Source: Octopus vulgaris | Lineage: Eukaryota | Assembly (NCBI GenBank): GCA_951406725.2 | Contig: OX597815.1 | Span: forward strand, 40,858,001 to 40,922,000 | Length of the DNA stretch: 64,000 bases | Reading direction: 5' to 3' | Shown here: positions 12,609-24,665 of the stretch, in pieces | Layout: each line of letters starts with the position of its first letter | Numbering within the stretch: the first letter of the stretch is position 1 | The notes under the pieces: model-generated | Databases searched by the model: none | What the model saw: only the letters and a program-made list of their open reading frames with translations | Told to the model about the DNA's origin: nothing | Made by a program: the position numbers and the translations under genes

Positions 12609-12775
12609 GAGAGTTTACGAAAAAATCAAAAGACGAAGACAGGTGGTGTGCAAAACAAACAGATGTATTAGTATAACGCTCAGGAATAGAAAAAGTCTTT
12701 TACGTTTCGAGCCTACGCTCTTCTACAGAAAAAACAAGGAGAGAAACAAGGAGAGAGAAAAAGGAGAGAAAAAAA
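12608..12775 (-). mobile_element. Short repeat with minimal HHR-like motif (12697-12731)
   Basis: Minus strand: ttt-CTGTAGA-A-gagc-gtag-gctc-GAAA-CG-TA-aaag. Homologous to 20738-20890 and adjacent to (TA)n. Confidence 0.6.
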
Positions 12776-13207
12776 TATATCAGAAGGTTTGGAGATGATG
12801 TACAAGTATTTTATATTAGAAGAAATGAGGTACTCAGAAATTCGGATGTTTTATATTTACAGATATTTATTTGTATATTACATGTTTTTATACATCATAT
12901 AACTTATATCATATATCATATTTTAGCGCTTTCGTCTATTCTAGTGGATTTTTCACATACACACACACACACATATATATATATATACACACATACATCC
13001 ATATGTTGGTTAATGTTGATATTATTACCCAGAAACAAAATCGAAAAAAAAATTGTGCAACGGGTGTAAAAAAAAGGTGTAGGAAATGAATATGAAAACA
13101 AAAATGCCCGGATAGCAACGGGATGGGGGGAGGCCTTCGGAAAATTCACAAGATCCAATGTTTTTCCCTCATAACTTTTAGGAAAATGGGTTTTTTTCTT
13201 AATGAAA

Positions 13208-13737
13208 TCTATATATATAAAACTGTAGTTGTGTGAGTGTCTGTCCCCTTCGATTTAGATTCCTAACTACTCCCACATTTTGCGGTGCAGTTTAACCAAA
13301 TTCGGGTATCTTATAGTCGTAATTCATATCGAGCCCGTCTGGCTATTAACGCGCGTCTACGATGAGTCTACGATTTAAAAAATAATTTAACATCATTTTT
13401 TATTCCATTTTAATGCATAATTTTTCGTGTGTCGATGGCGGCGGAGTTGGCGTCCATGGTCACACCTGCACCTGTTTGCTTCTCCCCTTCTTCCCTCCCT
13501 CGTGAAGCTGTGGGGAAGGGAGTGTAAGGAAATCAACGTCGTAAAGCGTTGTCAAGGAGACCAGCGTTCTTTTAGAACAACGACTTCATGGCTTGAAGAC
13601 ACTGAGTCAACGATTTAAAAAAAAAATTATCATCATTTTTTATTCCATTTTTAATGCATTTTTTTTGATAACTCTCTAAAAATGCTTATATAGTTATTTC
13701 CCTTACAAACCCGAGCAACGCCGGGCGATACTGCTAG
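13208..13737 (+). mobile_element. Complete non-autonomous Helitron
   Basis: 5' TCTATATATATAAAA, 3' hairpin plus CTAG, inserted between A and T with no TSD. Confidence 0.85.
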
Positions 13738-13999
13738 TTTTATATAAATACCTTTCACACGGTATAGATTACGATTATAAAGAAATTTATGGGGAAAATC
13801 TTTTCCCAGGGGGTGGGGAGAGGACTTCGAAAAGTTCACAAGATTCGATGTTTTCCCTTCGTAACTTTGAGGTAAATGGTTATCTTTCTACTTCACGCCC
13901 ACGCAGGAAACGAATCTGAAAACAAAAATGCACAGAAAGCAACGGGGGTGAAGTTGGGTTTAGAGGACTTCGGAAAATTCACAAGATTCACAAGTTCCG

Positions 14000-14473
14000 A
14001 GTTCTGGGCTGCACACAGACGGGACAGATTAATAAATAGAGCTTTTCTTTTTGGGGGAGAGAAAAAAAAAAGGTGGGTTAGGTTTTCGATCAAAAGGGAT
14101 CGTAAAAGGAAAAGAAGAAAAAAAAAAGGGGGAAAAAACAGGAAAAATAAAACGATCAATAGGGATCATGTATCACAGTGTCATGGCGTAAAGTGTAAAG
14201 GGAGAAGCAGATAAGGTTTATCCGTGGGAAGAAAAGCCCACAGAAAAGACCACGGTAACCTCGGTCAATGATGTTACATGTTACCACATTTGTTTGCAAG
14301 TAGGTAACCCTCTGTTTTAAATTTTCCGGGTTCATAGGATTATGCTCAAGGTGGCTTCGTCATTCATACGTGCCATCCTTGCTACATTCACCCATCTTTT
14401 TTTGAAACATTCGCTAGACAAAACTTGCCTCTCTACTCTCACTCTCCTTTTCAAGTGATACTTGAAAAAGTCG
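14000..14473 (-). mobile_element. 3' fragment of Tx1/L1-like LINE
   Basis: FFKYHLKRRVRVERQVLS..RWVNVARMA matches the C-terminus of the LINE at 59687-59947. Confidence 0.7.
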
Positions 14474-14689
14474 ATATATATATCGGAGAAGAAAATCGGA
14501 TCGTGTGAATTTTCCAAAAGTCCTTTCCTCAGCCCCCGGTTCGTTTGCGCAAATTTTTGTTTTCAGATTCGTTTACTACCCATTTTTTTTTTTTACACCT
14601 TTTACGCTTGTTTTTGTTTTGGTGACCGGATGTTAAACTAGATAATTTGTTTAGCGCCAGGACAACCATCATTGTACACAATAAAAGAA

Positions 14690-15317
14690 TTGGCGTTCCT
14701 TCGATATAACTCGACAAACTCAACATTTGACTTCGGGTATTTCCGTGACAGTTGTGAAATGGGAGAAGAAAGCTAATGGGTTGTGTGTGCGTGCTTGTTC
14801 TTGTCTGTGTCTGTTCTGTTTTTATGTGTTGTGGAATATAGATAGGTACTACTTGAGAACAGTGGTCGTGGTGCGCGCACTCGCATCTCGTGCTAGCTAG
14901 TCATGACTAGTCGATCCTTACTTTGTGTTATTTACTTTGTTTAAAAAATTCACTTTGCTAGGTAGTCGTTGTTGGATCGACTAGTCACAACTAGCTTGCG
15001 CGGCTACGCGAGTGCGCGCACCGGGACCACTGTTTTCTAGTCGTACCTATAGATATAACGAAATTATGCTAGCAAATTCTCATTTTAAACTTGAATAAAA
15101 AAAAAAAGCCTTGCATATTTGTTCTTACCTGCATCATGTGTGTATGTAAAATCCGCAAATTTCCGAGCAGGAGTTTACACAGACACAGACAAAAACAAGC
15201 ACGCACACACAACCCATTAGCTTCCTCCTCCTCCCATTTCACGACTGTCACGGAAATATCCGAAGTCAATTGTTGTCAAATGTTGAGTTTGTCGAGTTAT
15301 ATCGAAGGAACGTCAAT
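14690..15317. repeat. ~130-bp inverted repeat pair (foldback-like)
   Basis: 14690-14816 is the reverse complement of 15177-15317. Confidence 0.75.
14845..15047. mobile_element. MITE with GGTAC termini and 8-bp TSD (Merlin-type)
   Basis: ~73-bp imperfect TIRs. TSD TATAGATA lies at 14837-14844 and 15048-15055. GG-initial TIRs with an 8-9-bp TSD are Merlin hallmarks. Confidence 0.7.
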
Positions 15318-15377
15318 CTGGCTGCTAATTCTGGTTAAATATGCTCGAACTTTTCGTCGAGTTGAGGACCAAACTTG

Positions 15378-15570
15378 CAAGGTGGCGGAATCGCTACAGC
15401 ATCAGTGTTTTCCAACTCTCTACCTTCTGAGTTTAAATCCCAAAGTGGTTAACTTTTCTTTTCAGCTCTCCGGGATGAATAAAATAGATTTTATGAAGTA
15501 CTGATGGCGATGTAATCAACTAGTCCCCAACCCCCAAAATTGCTGGCTTCCAGTTTAAATCAGGAAACAT
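15378..15570 (+). mobile_element. Degenerate SINE (family 3)
   Basis: GGCGGAATCG A-box-like and GAGTTTAAATCC B-box-like motifs, followed by a SINE-like body. Confidence 0.45.
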
Positions 15571-15859
15571 TATTTGTTGTGTTGTCTCAGATCAGCTCTA
15601 ATGGAGCTCACAGGTAGTCAGTGAAACGACTACACTTTAGACAGATCTGTTTTTCAGCTGTTCCCGAGTAGAGGACATGGTATAAGAAATAATAAGAAAG
15701 AAGGAAGTTTAGGATCCTTGGTTACAGATATGTTTTCAGCTGTTTCTGAGTAGAGGACATGGGATAAGAAATAATAAGCAGACAGAAAAAAAAAGATCCT
15801 CTGCTTTTACTAACTGCGGCCATGCATTATAGGCAACCCCCCCCCCAAAAAAAAAAACC

Positions 15860-16030
15860 CAGTGCAGCCCATCCCGCTCCAGACTAAACACATTTCTACA
15901 ACAGAGTAGACTAGAGCAACGTAAAATAAAGTGTTTTGTTCAGGAACACAACAGATCGCTCGATCCAGGAATCGAAACCACAACCTCACGATCGCTAGTC
16001 CAACACCCCAACCACTAAGCCACGCGCCCC
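15860..16030 (-). mobile_element. tRNA-headed SINE (family 2), 5' part
   Basis: Minus GCGCGTGGCTTAGTGG (A box) ... GGTTTCGATTCC (B box). Homologous to 54775-55104. Confidence 0.7.
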
Positions 16031-16563
16031 CACTAAAATCCACACGCTTATATTTTTTGTTGAGAAGTACAATAAACATTCTACCCGCTCTTTAAAAATA
16101 TTTTTTTCAGATTCCGACGATTTTGTTAACGGAGATTCCGATTCTGATAAAAAGTCGGCATTTCGAAATTTAAATTACCTCCACCTCCATTTTTAAAAAA
16201 AATATTTTTTTTACTAAAAGTATTTTTGGAGTCTACATAGAAAAATATGGACACTATGATTCTGGAAAATGTTTTTTCTAAAATTTCAATAAAAAAAAAT
16301 CAAACAATTGACAACCTTCCCTTATCATTATTCGCAGACACAAATATTCGGTGTTTTTAACCAGTTCGATCATTTGCGCATGCGTAGTTGGTTTTCGATT
16401 TGCATAAGCAGTTAAGCCTAAAAGGGCTTTCCACATGCTAGAAATAGCAGCCAAATCCTATAAACTTTAAAAAATTAAAACAATTGCAGCGTGGAAGGTG
16501 TTTATAATCCATTTAAGAAACACACAAAAACTCGTTATATTCACTTCAACATTTAAATTTAAT

Positions 16564-16612
16564 TTGCCAAAATATTTTCGTCGCTTTGAGACTGCGACCT
16601 GTTCACTAACAA
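16564..16612 (-). ncRNA. Hammerhead-like motif with G3-C8 swapped core
   Basis: Minus strand: ttgtta-GTGAACA-g-gtcgc-agtctcaaa-gcgac-GAAA-atat-TT-tggcaa. Confidence 0.55.
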
Positions 16613-17107
16613 CATTCAAACAAAAACGGAAATCATGATTACTAAAACTGTTGTTTTCCAAAATTCCAATTTTTAAATATACAAAAATGTATTCAACCAA
16701 AAGTAAATAAGTATAATAAAATAACTGAACACAAGAGACTATGCTACCAAATGTACAAATTTTCTGAATTCTAACATAGAAAATGGAAGGCATTAAATAG
16801 AAATGTGTTTTACAAGTCAAAAACATTCATCACGACGACGACGACGACCACCACCACCACCATCGCAATCATCACTGCCGTGACTAGCAATAAAACTAGT
16901 ATTACTCCAACCGATAGCAACAAACTCAACCTCATTTATCATCATTGTCATGATCAAAATTGAATTTAAAAAGATAACAAAAAAGCCAACTTGTCAGAAT
17001 CGGAATCTCCGTTATTGACATCTGTTGTTTGTTCCTTCTCGAGCCATGTCTGGCTCATAAGGATCGGTTTCCTGGTTTCATTGACATATAGGTTCTCCAC
17101 CTGGATG

Positions 17108-17500
17108 GGACGCAAAAATTTTTTTCCCACGAGAGTTACGGCCTCCAGTAATGAACTCATTTGCATACAGTAAATCAGAACTCACCTTGACCTTGTCGTC
17201 AAGTAAACAAAGGCTTATGCTGGTGGCAGAAACCGCATTGGTGCTGGCAGACCGTTTGAAAAGTGTGAAAGGAAAGGTGCCATTCAGCCCTCAGATTATG
17301 CCTAACAAGAACAACAAGCATTATTAAAAGAGTAAAGTAACATGGTCATTCCTTACCCAAGTGACCTTATTCTTATCGCCCAGAACTTGTTATGCGCTCA
17401 TAAATTAATTTGATAGTTGAGCTCTGATTGGCTGTATGCAAATGAGTTCATAACTGGGGTCCGGAACTCTTTTTTGAAAAAAAAAAAAAATTCGTGGACT
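17108..17500. mobile_element. MITE/foldback-like element with long imperfect inverted ends
   Basis: 17141-17184 matches the reverse complement of 17418-17461 (core ATGAACTCATTTGCATACAG), with weaker similarity extending outward. Confidence 0.6.
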
Positions 17501-18700
17501 GGAAATTTCTCCTTCCTCTCGTCCGGACCAATTTTGTCCAATCTTTTTTTCTCTTTTGCGTTACTCACTTAAAAAGAATAGATGTCTTTTCGGTAAAAAG
17601 AAATTGGAAAATTTATGAATTTTTCCAAACCTCCTTCCCCGTTCAGTACCAATTTTGGCCAATTTATTTTTGCACAAAACGCTTAAAAAAAGATGGGAGA
17701 AGCCTTGAAAGTTTAAGAAAAAAAAAAAAAAAAAAAATTGGAGGAAATCAGCAATTACTATTACAATCCTCACTTCCTTTATTTTCAAACAGAAAATGAA
17801 ACAGTTTAAAGACAAGAGTGAAATCTTTTTAAATATTTTCTTTAAACCTGCCCCTCCATATATTCTAAAATTTCGAGTTTTTTCGAAATTTTTTTTAAAA
17901 ATCATAGTTTTCAAATACAGACTCTGAATCTGCCATTTATATCTGTTTATGATTTCAAAATAATTTTCAGATGAAAAGCTGTGTGTGATTTTAAGGGAAG
18001 TTTAGCTGTTGTTTCATGCTCATCCCACAATCACCTGATACCTTCCTCATTTCTTTGTCACTCTGACATACATTGATGTTTTTTAATATTTTTCTCCCCA
18101 TGAACACATTTTATGGAATGCTGATGCAGTGTTCCATTGCTAGGATTTAAGCAACAATTTGTAATTTAAATTTTTATCCTCCACCCCACATCAACTGAGT
18201 CCATGTGTGTGTGTGTGAGAGAGAGAGAGACAAAACACATTTACAAAGAGAAAAGTATGCTATTAAAATAAATGATGTTTTACATAACTTTTTAAAATAA
18301 TTCTGTTGCCCTAATAAAATTCCTTACACACATGCATACACACACACTCAGTGAGAGAGTATGGTAAAAATGTATAGAGAGAGGGAAAGGATATCATGAT
18401 GAAAGTGAAAAAGAAAGATAGAGACAGAGAGGTCTTTTCTGTTGTGGTTTAAACTTAGGCGAAAGTTTTCAAATTTGGTATATTGATGAACTTTTTCATG
18501 TTGAATTCGAGTTTGTGACTTATTTATTCAAGAAAAATTTTCTAGAAAATGTTTAAAGAGGTTTAAAGTTTGAACATTTTTACCCAATCAGGATTTGTGC
18601 ATAGCAGCTGTGATAAAATGAAAGTAAGCGTTAGCAAAAGTTTTAAACAAAATGAAAGCAAGACATGAGAGACAATAATACATACATATATATATATATA

Positions 18701-20067
18701 TATAATTAATTAATAAGGGTGAGAGAATTAGATACTAATTTAATAGTATATCTATTCTACACCAAGTGGCCTAGTGCTCCGAGAAACCTGGATTATTATA
18801 ATATTTTATAATATATTATAATATTTTTACAAAATAAATATAAGAGAGTGGTCACTATATGGCTCACTCTAGCACCAGTTAATCCAAAAGGTTTCAACCA
18901 CAAAAATACATGTTTCCCATGAAAGTCAGTACGATTGTTAGCTCACACGGACAGGGCAAGTAAAAAATAACAAAAATACAGATTATTTTGGGACAATTGT
19001 TTCGCTATTAATGAATTAAATGTAATTTTACTTACAAAAAAATCCACTTGTAGCTCCTCAGCCAAAACTATCTGGATGAAATCCACTCAATCACACGCCA
19101 GATTTTACCATAACGATAAATACGCGTGTGGTTCAATTGATTACATCCGACGTTATAATTCAAATGCCCCAACTAACAGCGCGCCAAATTTTCACGGAAA
19201 ACAAATACAGCATTTAGAAATAAATGCAGCATAATTATAATTAATTAATAAGGGTGAGAGAATTAGATACTAATTTAATAGTATATCTATTCTACACCAA
19301 GTGGCCTAGTGCTCCGAGAAACCTGGATTATTATAATATTTTATAATATATTATAATATTTTTACAAAATAAATATAAGAGAGTGGTCACTATATGGCTC
19401 ACTCTAGCACCAGTTAATCCAAAAGGTTTCAACCACAAAAATACATGTTTCCCATGAAAGTCAGTACGATTGTTAGCTCACACGGACAGGGCAAGTAAAA
19501 AATAACAAAAATACAGATTATTTTGGGACAATTGTTTCGCTATTAATGAATTAAATGTAATTTTACTTACAAAAAAATCCACTTGTAGCTCCTCAGCCAA
19601 AACTATCTGGATGAAATCCACTCAATCACACGCCAGATTTTACCATAACGATAAATACGCGTGTGGTTCAATTGATTACATCCGACGTTATAATTCAAAT
19701 GCCCCAACTAACAGCGCGCCAAATTTTCACGGAAAACAAATACAGCATTTAGAAATAAATGCAGCATAATTATAATTAATTAATAAGGGTGAGAGAATTA
19801 GATACTAATTTAATAGTATATCTATTCTACACCAAGTGGCCTAGTGCTCCGAGAAACCTGGATTATTATAATATTTTATAATATATTATAATATTTTTAC
19901 AAAATAAATATAAGAGAGTGGTCACTATATGGCTCACTCTAGCACCAGTTAATCCAAAAGGTTTCAACCACAAAAATACATGTTTCCCATGAAAGTCAGT
20001 ACGATTGTTAGCTCACACGGACAGGGCAAGTAAAAAATAACAAAAATACAGATTATTTTGGGACAAT
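18701..20067 (-). mobile_element. Tandem array of 535-bp HHR-bearing monomer (family A, ~2.55 units) in (TA)n
   Basis: Exact 535-bp period (18720/19255/19790). HHRs at 18986-19067 and 19521-19602: ttttgg-CTGAGGA-gcta...tagc-GAAA-caattg-TC-ccaaaa. Confidence 0.9.
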
Positions 20068-20075
20068 ATATATAT

Positions 20076-20735
20076 GAGACCATAACCCGTGGCCTTCTAC
20101 ATGGGATGGAGCCAGCCTACGTATGCATACCTTCCCTTCTTGGGAAACAAAACTCTTACTTGTGAAGACCTGTTGAGGCAAGTGAGGATCAGAATCGAAA
20201 TCGATCAATGGAAATTGCAGCTGAGTTACCAGTGCCGGTGGCACGTAAGAGGACCATCCGTTCGTGACCGTTGCCAGCGCCGCCCCGACTGGCCTTGTGC
20301 CGGTGGCACGTAAAAGCACCATCCGTTCGTGTCCGTTGCCAGCCTCGCCTGGCCACCGTGCCGGTGGCACGTAAAAGCACCATCCGTTCGTGTCCATTGC
20401 TAGCCTCGCCTGGCCCCCGTGCTGGTGGCACGTAAAAGCATCATCCGTTCATGTCCGTTGCCAGCCTCGCCTGGCCCCCGTGCCGGTGGCACGTAAAAGC
20501 ACCATCCATTCATGGCCGTTTGCCAGCTCTGTCTGGCACCTGTGCGGGTGGCACATAAAAAGCACCCACTACACTCACAGAGTGGTTGGCGTTAGGAAGG
20601 GCATCCAGCCGTAGAAACACTGCCAGATCTGACTGGGCCTGATGAAGCCTTCCGGCTTCACAGACCCCAGTTGAACTGTTCAACCCATGCTAGCATGGAA
20701 AACGGACGCTAAATGATGATGATGATGATGATGAT
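20076..20735 (+). mobile_element. 3' UTR of RTE-type LINE with six ~61-bp subrepeats and (GAT)n tail
   Basis: GTGCCGGTGGCACGTAAAAGCACC units. The homologue at 25885 is preceded by the RTE C-terminal motif DRDLWRYAV. Confidence 0.7.
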
Positions 20736-20737
20736 AT

Positions 20738-21277
20738 AGGGAGAGTTTACGAAAAAATCAAAAGACGAAGACAGGTGGTGTACAAAACAAACAGATGTAT
20801 TAGTATAACGCTTAGGAATAGAAAAAGTCTTTTATGTTTCGAGCCTACGCTCTTCTACAGAAAGGGACACAGAAAAACAAGGAGAGAAAAAAATGTGTGT
20901 AATGGCTAACGATCTATCATGGCGACTAATGCTGGACAGAAGGGTCAAACACAGGAAGGAAAGTAGGGGAGATAACAAGGTAAAGATGATCCCCAACACA
21001 AATGTGCATGTGTGTATAAGAGAGTATTATGTGCTTGTGAAAGAGGGCTGGTGGTCTGGACGTGTGCGTGTATGTATGTGTAGGTGTGAAGATGTGGGGA
21101 TGGGTATGTGGGTGGTGTGTTGTGATGTGATGTGTAATGTTGTATGGTGTAGTGTGGTGTGATGTTGTTGAGAGGTAGGAGAGGTGAGAGAGGGGAAAGC
21201 ACGGGTGGGGGTGGGGGTAGAGGTTGGGTATGTGGGGGAGGGGTGTGGGATAGGATGGGGGATGGGAAGGATAGGGA

Positions 21278-21309
<32 letters not shown>

Positions 21310-21764
21310 TTATGGTAAATAAGAGAGAGAGAGAGAAAGAGATTATAGTAAATGAGAGAGAGAGAGAGCGATGGTGATAGAGAAGATGTGTATAAACAAC
21401 AAGCAGGTGTATTAGTTTGATGCTCGGGAAGGTGAGAAATTCTTTTATGTTTCGAGCCTATGCTTTTCAACAGAAAGGAACACGAAGAAATAAACAGAGA
21501 GAGAATAAAAAACTTTTGGAGTTAGCGGTCAATCAGGGCGATTGGTTAGACAAAGGTAGTTAGACAGTAGAGCTAGGAAGAAGGGGAGATAATAAAGTAC
21601 TGGTGATCCCAAAACGAAGGTGCGCATGCATGCGTGTATGCGAAAGTGTGTGTGTGCATGTAGATAGGGGCTGATGACTTTGACATGTGGATATGTGGGT
21701 GCTGGGAAGTGGGGTGGTGTGATGTGGTGTTGTGATTTAAGGGTGAGGATGGAGGGTGTATCAA
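20738..21764 (-). mobile_element. Two related units with minimal HHR-like motifs (20829-20864, 21442-21477) and low-complexity bodies
   Basis: cttt-CTGTAGA-A-gagc-gtag-gctc-GAAA-CA-TA-aaag and cttt-CTGTTGA-A-aagc-atag-gctc-GAAA-CA-TA-aaag. Confidence 0.55.
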
Positions 21765-23084
21765 AAGGCGATTTGTCCCTCGTCACCAACTACAGGGGCA
21801 TATCTCTAATGTCAATTGCTGCAAAACTGTACAACAAACTGATCCTAAATCGTCGTCCTTTTTGTTGAACTTTTGCTCCGAAAGAACCAAAATGGATTCA
21901 GACATGGGCGCTCAACGCTGAGCCAGATACTATGCCTGCGCAGACTTATTGAAGAATCAAAAGCATTTAATCGCGATCTTGCAATGGTATTTGTAGACTT
22001 TTCTAAAGCGTTCGATTCTGTAGATAGGTACAAGATGTTTGAAATCCTTAAGCTCTATGGGATACCAGACAAAATTATTTCTGCCATCAAGGTCCTCTAC
22101 ACAGATACGTCTTCAACCATCTTAACCCCTGATGGAGAAACATCATCTTTCTCGATCGAGGCCGGAATACTGCAGGGAGACACACTCGCCCCATTTCTTT
22201 TCATCATTGTTGTTGATTATGTGCTACGTATGTCAGTTGATACCATCTCTGGCAAGGGCTTTGAAATAAAACCAAGAAGAAGTTCCAGACACCCAGCTGA
22301 GTACTTGACAGACACTGACTTTGCTGACGACATCGCTCTTATCAGTGATTCTCTCTCCAATGCCCAGTCTCTTTTACAATCTCTTGAACAAGCCTCAAAT
22401 TGTGTAGGTCTTTACCTCAATGAGGCCAAAACTGAATACATAAACAAGTGCCTGTCCAACAGTGACTGCATCATCCACACTCTCAACAGTGCACCTTTAA
22501 ATATGGTTTCTGATTATAAATATCTTGGGTCATACATATCATCATCTGGAAAAGACTTTCTAACTAGAAAGGGTATGGCCTGGTCAGCCTGTAATGACAT
22601 GCATAAGATCTGGTCATCAAATCTAAGTAGAGACTTCAAACTTGAAATATTCAAAGCCACAGTCGAACCAATCCTACTATATGGCTCAGAAACCTGGACG
22701 TTATCAAAGAAGCTTGAGAGGCGGTTGGATGGAACCTACACTCGCCTCCTTATGAGAGCTCAAAATCTCTCGTGGAGGCGCCATCCAACTAAAATGCAAA
22801 TATATGGGAAATTACCACCTGTGTCATCTCTTGTGAAAGGTAGGAGAGTCCAGTTTGCTGGACATTGTTGTAGAGCTGAAAAAGAAGTAATTTCTACTCT
22901 TCTCCTCTGGAAGTCATCTACTCGCAACACCAGAGGGCGCACACTCTCCTACCCTGATGTAATCTCCAGGGATACAGGCATCCAGCAACAGGACCTCCGT
23001 AATGCTATGATGGACCGTGAAGTCTGGCGCAACATGGTAAATTCCATTGTCTCGACCACGGTCGATCAATGATGATGATGATGA
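21765..23084 (+). mobile_element. 5'-truncated RTE-clade LINE (reverse transcriptase)
   Basis: NYRGISL, QNGFR, VFVDFSKAFDSV, GILQGDTLAPFLF, FADD, YKYLG, LLYGSETW and DREVWR motifs. (GAT)n tail, TSD TGTATCAA at 21757-21764 and 23085-23092, and one frameshift near 21860. Confidence 0.93.
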
Positions 23085-23280
23085 TGTATCAACGAAAGGA
23101 GAAGGTGAGTAGGAATGAAAAGAGGAATTAGGTGTCTGATGACAACAGAAAAAAATAGTCAAAATACATATTAAAAGTGAGAATTAAGGAAATATTTTTT
23201 GCACAGTTATTGTATAACAAAACAGAAAGGTTGAAAACTATTTTGTGATATATATATATATATAGAAGATTTTCTAGGTA

Positions 23281-24237
23281 GTGAGCCACCTAGTCACCTA
23301 CTGATCTGGCAGGCATACTAGACAGATTGACTACATCCTCACCAGAAAAAGGGAAAGATGGCTGCTTATAAATGCCAAAGCCTTCCCTGGTGAAGAATGT
23401 ACCCCACAACATAGACTGGTAGTTAGTGACTTCAGGATCAGGGCTAAATGGATGCCCAGAAGACGACCCGCAAGAAGAAGGGTCTGGAGACTTAAAGATT
23501 CTGCAAATGGACAGAGATTTAGAGACATTTTACTCGGAGCCTTTGACGAAATAGAAGGGGATATAGCTTCACATGGTATAGAAGACAACTGGAGGTTCCT
23601 ACGGGACAACCTGCTAAGGGCCACCAACCAGATCTGTGGATGGTACAAAGTCCCCTCTCGACCCAAAATAACGTGGTGGTGGAACAATGTTGTTGACAAG
23701 GCTTGGAAGGACTGGAAGAATGGTGGTAGCAGGGAAGTGTATCAGACTGCCAGAAGGGAAGCTAGGAGGCAGGTTTATTTACCAGAGGGGAAGCAGATAA
23801 GAAAAAATTTGCCAATGTTCTACGCCGTGAGGACCAAAGCCTTGAGGTATTTTGTGTTACAAGACAGTGTGCGAGAGAGAATCGTGATGTAGTAGGAGAG
23901 AAATGTGTTCGCATGGATGATGGTTCATTTGTGCTAAATGAGGATGCAAAGAGAGAGTTTTGGAGACACCACTATGAAAGGTTGCTGAATAAAGAAAATG
24001 AATGGGATAAAGAGAGTCTGCCAAATGTCAACCCAACAGAGGGACCAGCTATCTGAGTTGACAGTTCCTTGGTAGTTAAGGCAATTAGAAGCATGAAGAC
24101 AGGGAAAGCCCCAGGCCCATCAGGAATTACTGCAGAGATGCTCAAAATATCTGGTAGTGTTGGCTATAGCCTAGTCACCCATATAGTTAACCAGGTGATA
24201 CACGAAGGAGTCATACCCAATGACTGGTGTAGCAGTA
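23281..24237 (+). mobile_element. Disrupted RTE-type LINE fragment (end of endonuclease, linker, start of RT)
   Basis: QIDYIL, HRLVVSDF, TWWWN and KAIRSMKTGKAPGPSGITAEMLK motifs, with frameshifts. Confidence 0.8.
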
Positions 24238-24239
24238 CT

Positions 24240-24665
24240 TGATCTTGCAATTATCTTTTTTCAGCCAAAACCCAGAATTTTGTTTCACATACATCTTCAG
24301 TGGCTTTCCAAGACTGACCATGCAAAGGCTTCTCTTAAATCTGTTTAATATATTCTCTTTGAATTTCGTTTTTGTCCTCTTCTTTTCCAATCTTGATCGC
24401 CTGTTCTTTATTCACTGCCTGTATCTACTTTTCTGTCTTGCCCTGCACATAATGAAGTAAGCTGCTTTATTCCATCTGCAGACACTCTTCTACTTCAATT
24501 AAGACTCTTCCACCCTGATCTCTCTTGAATTACAAAATTGGCTGATATCAGCTTTTGGATGATGGCTCCATACATAGTCAACAGTTTTCTTGTTTTTCTG
24601 TCAAAATTTCTACATTTCCTCTTTTGTCCATTCCATTCCACATCTGACAATTGGCTCTGCTCCTG
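24240..24665 (-). mobile_element. Degenerate R4/Dong-like LINE fragment
   Basis: Minus strand reads WTKEE...DRKTRKLLTMYG..HPKAD...RDQGGR.LIEVEE across frameshifts. Confidence 0.55.

Noticed and set aside
11538-13618. Three near-identical ORFs starting MCRWRRSWRPW
   Set aside because: They are incidental frames (GTG starts) in non-autonomous Helitron copies.
17170-17470. Apparent promoter (CCAAT, octamer ATGCAAAT, ETS site) with a GTGAGT donor
   Set aside because: The motifs lie within the inverted ends of a MITE-like element and there is no independent gene evidence.
20232-20565. CRISPR-like repeat/spacer appearance
   Set aside because: The context is a eukaryotic LINE UTR, the spacers resemble one another, and there are no cas genes.
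20634-20670. CTGATGA plus hairpin resembling an HHR
   Set aside because: No GAAA or UH half follows, and other family copies lack the core. Isolated CTGATGA at 6339(-), 21671, 23136, 49628, 52856 and 55639 likewise lack stems.
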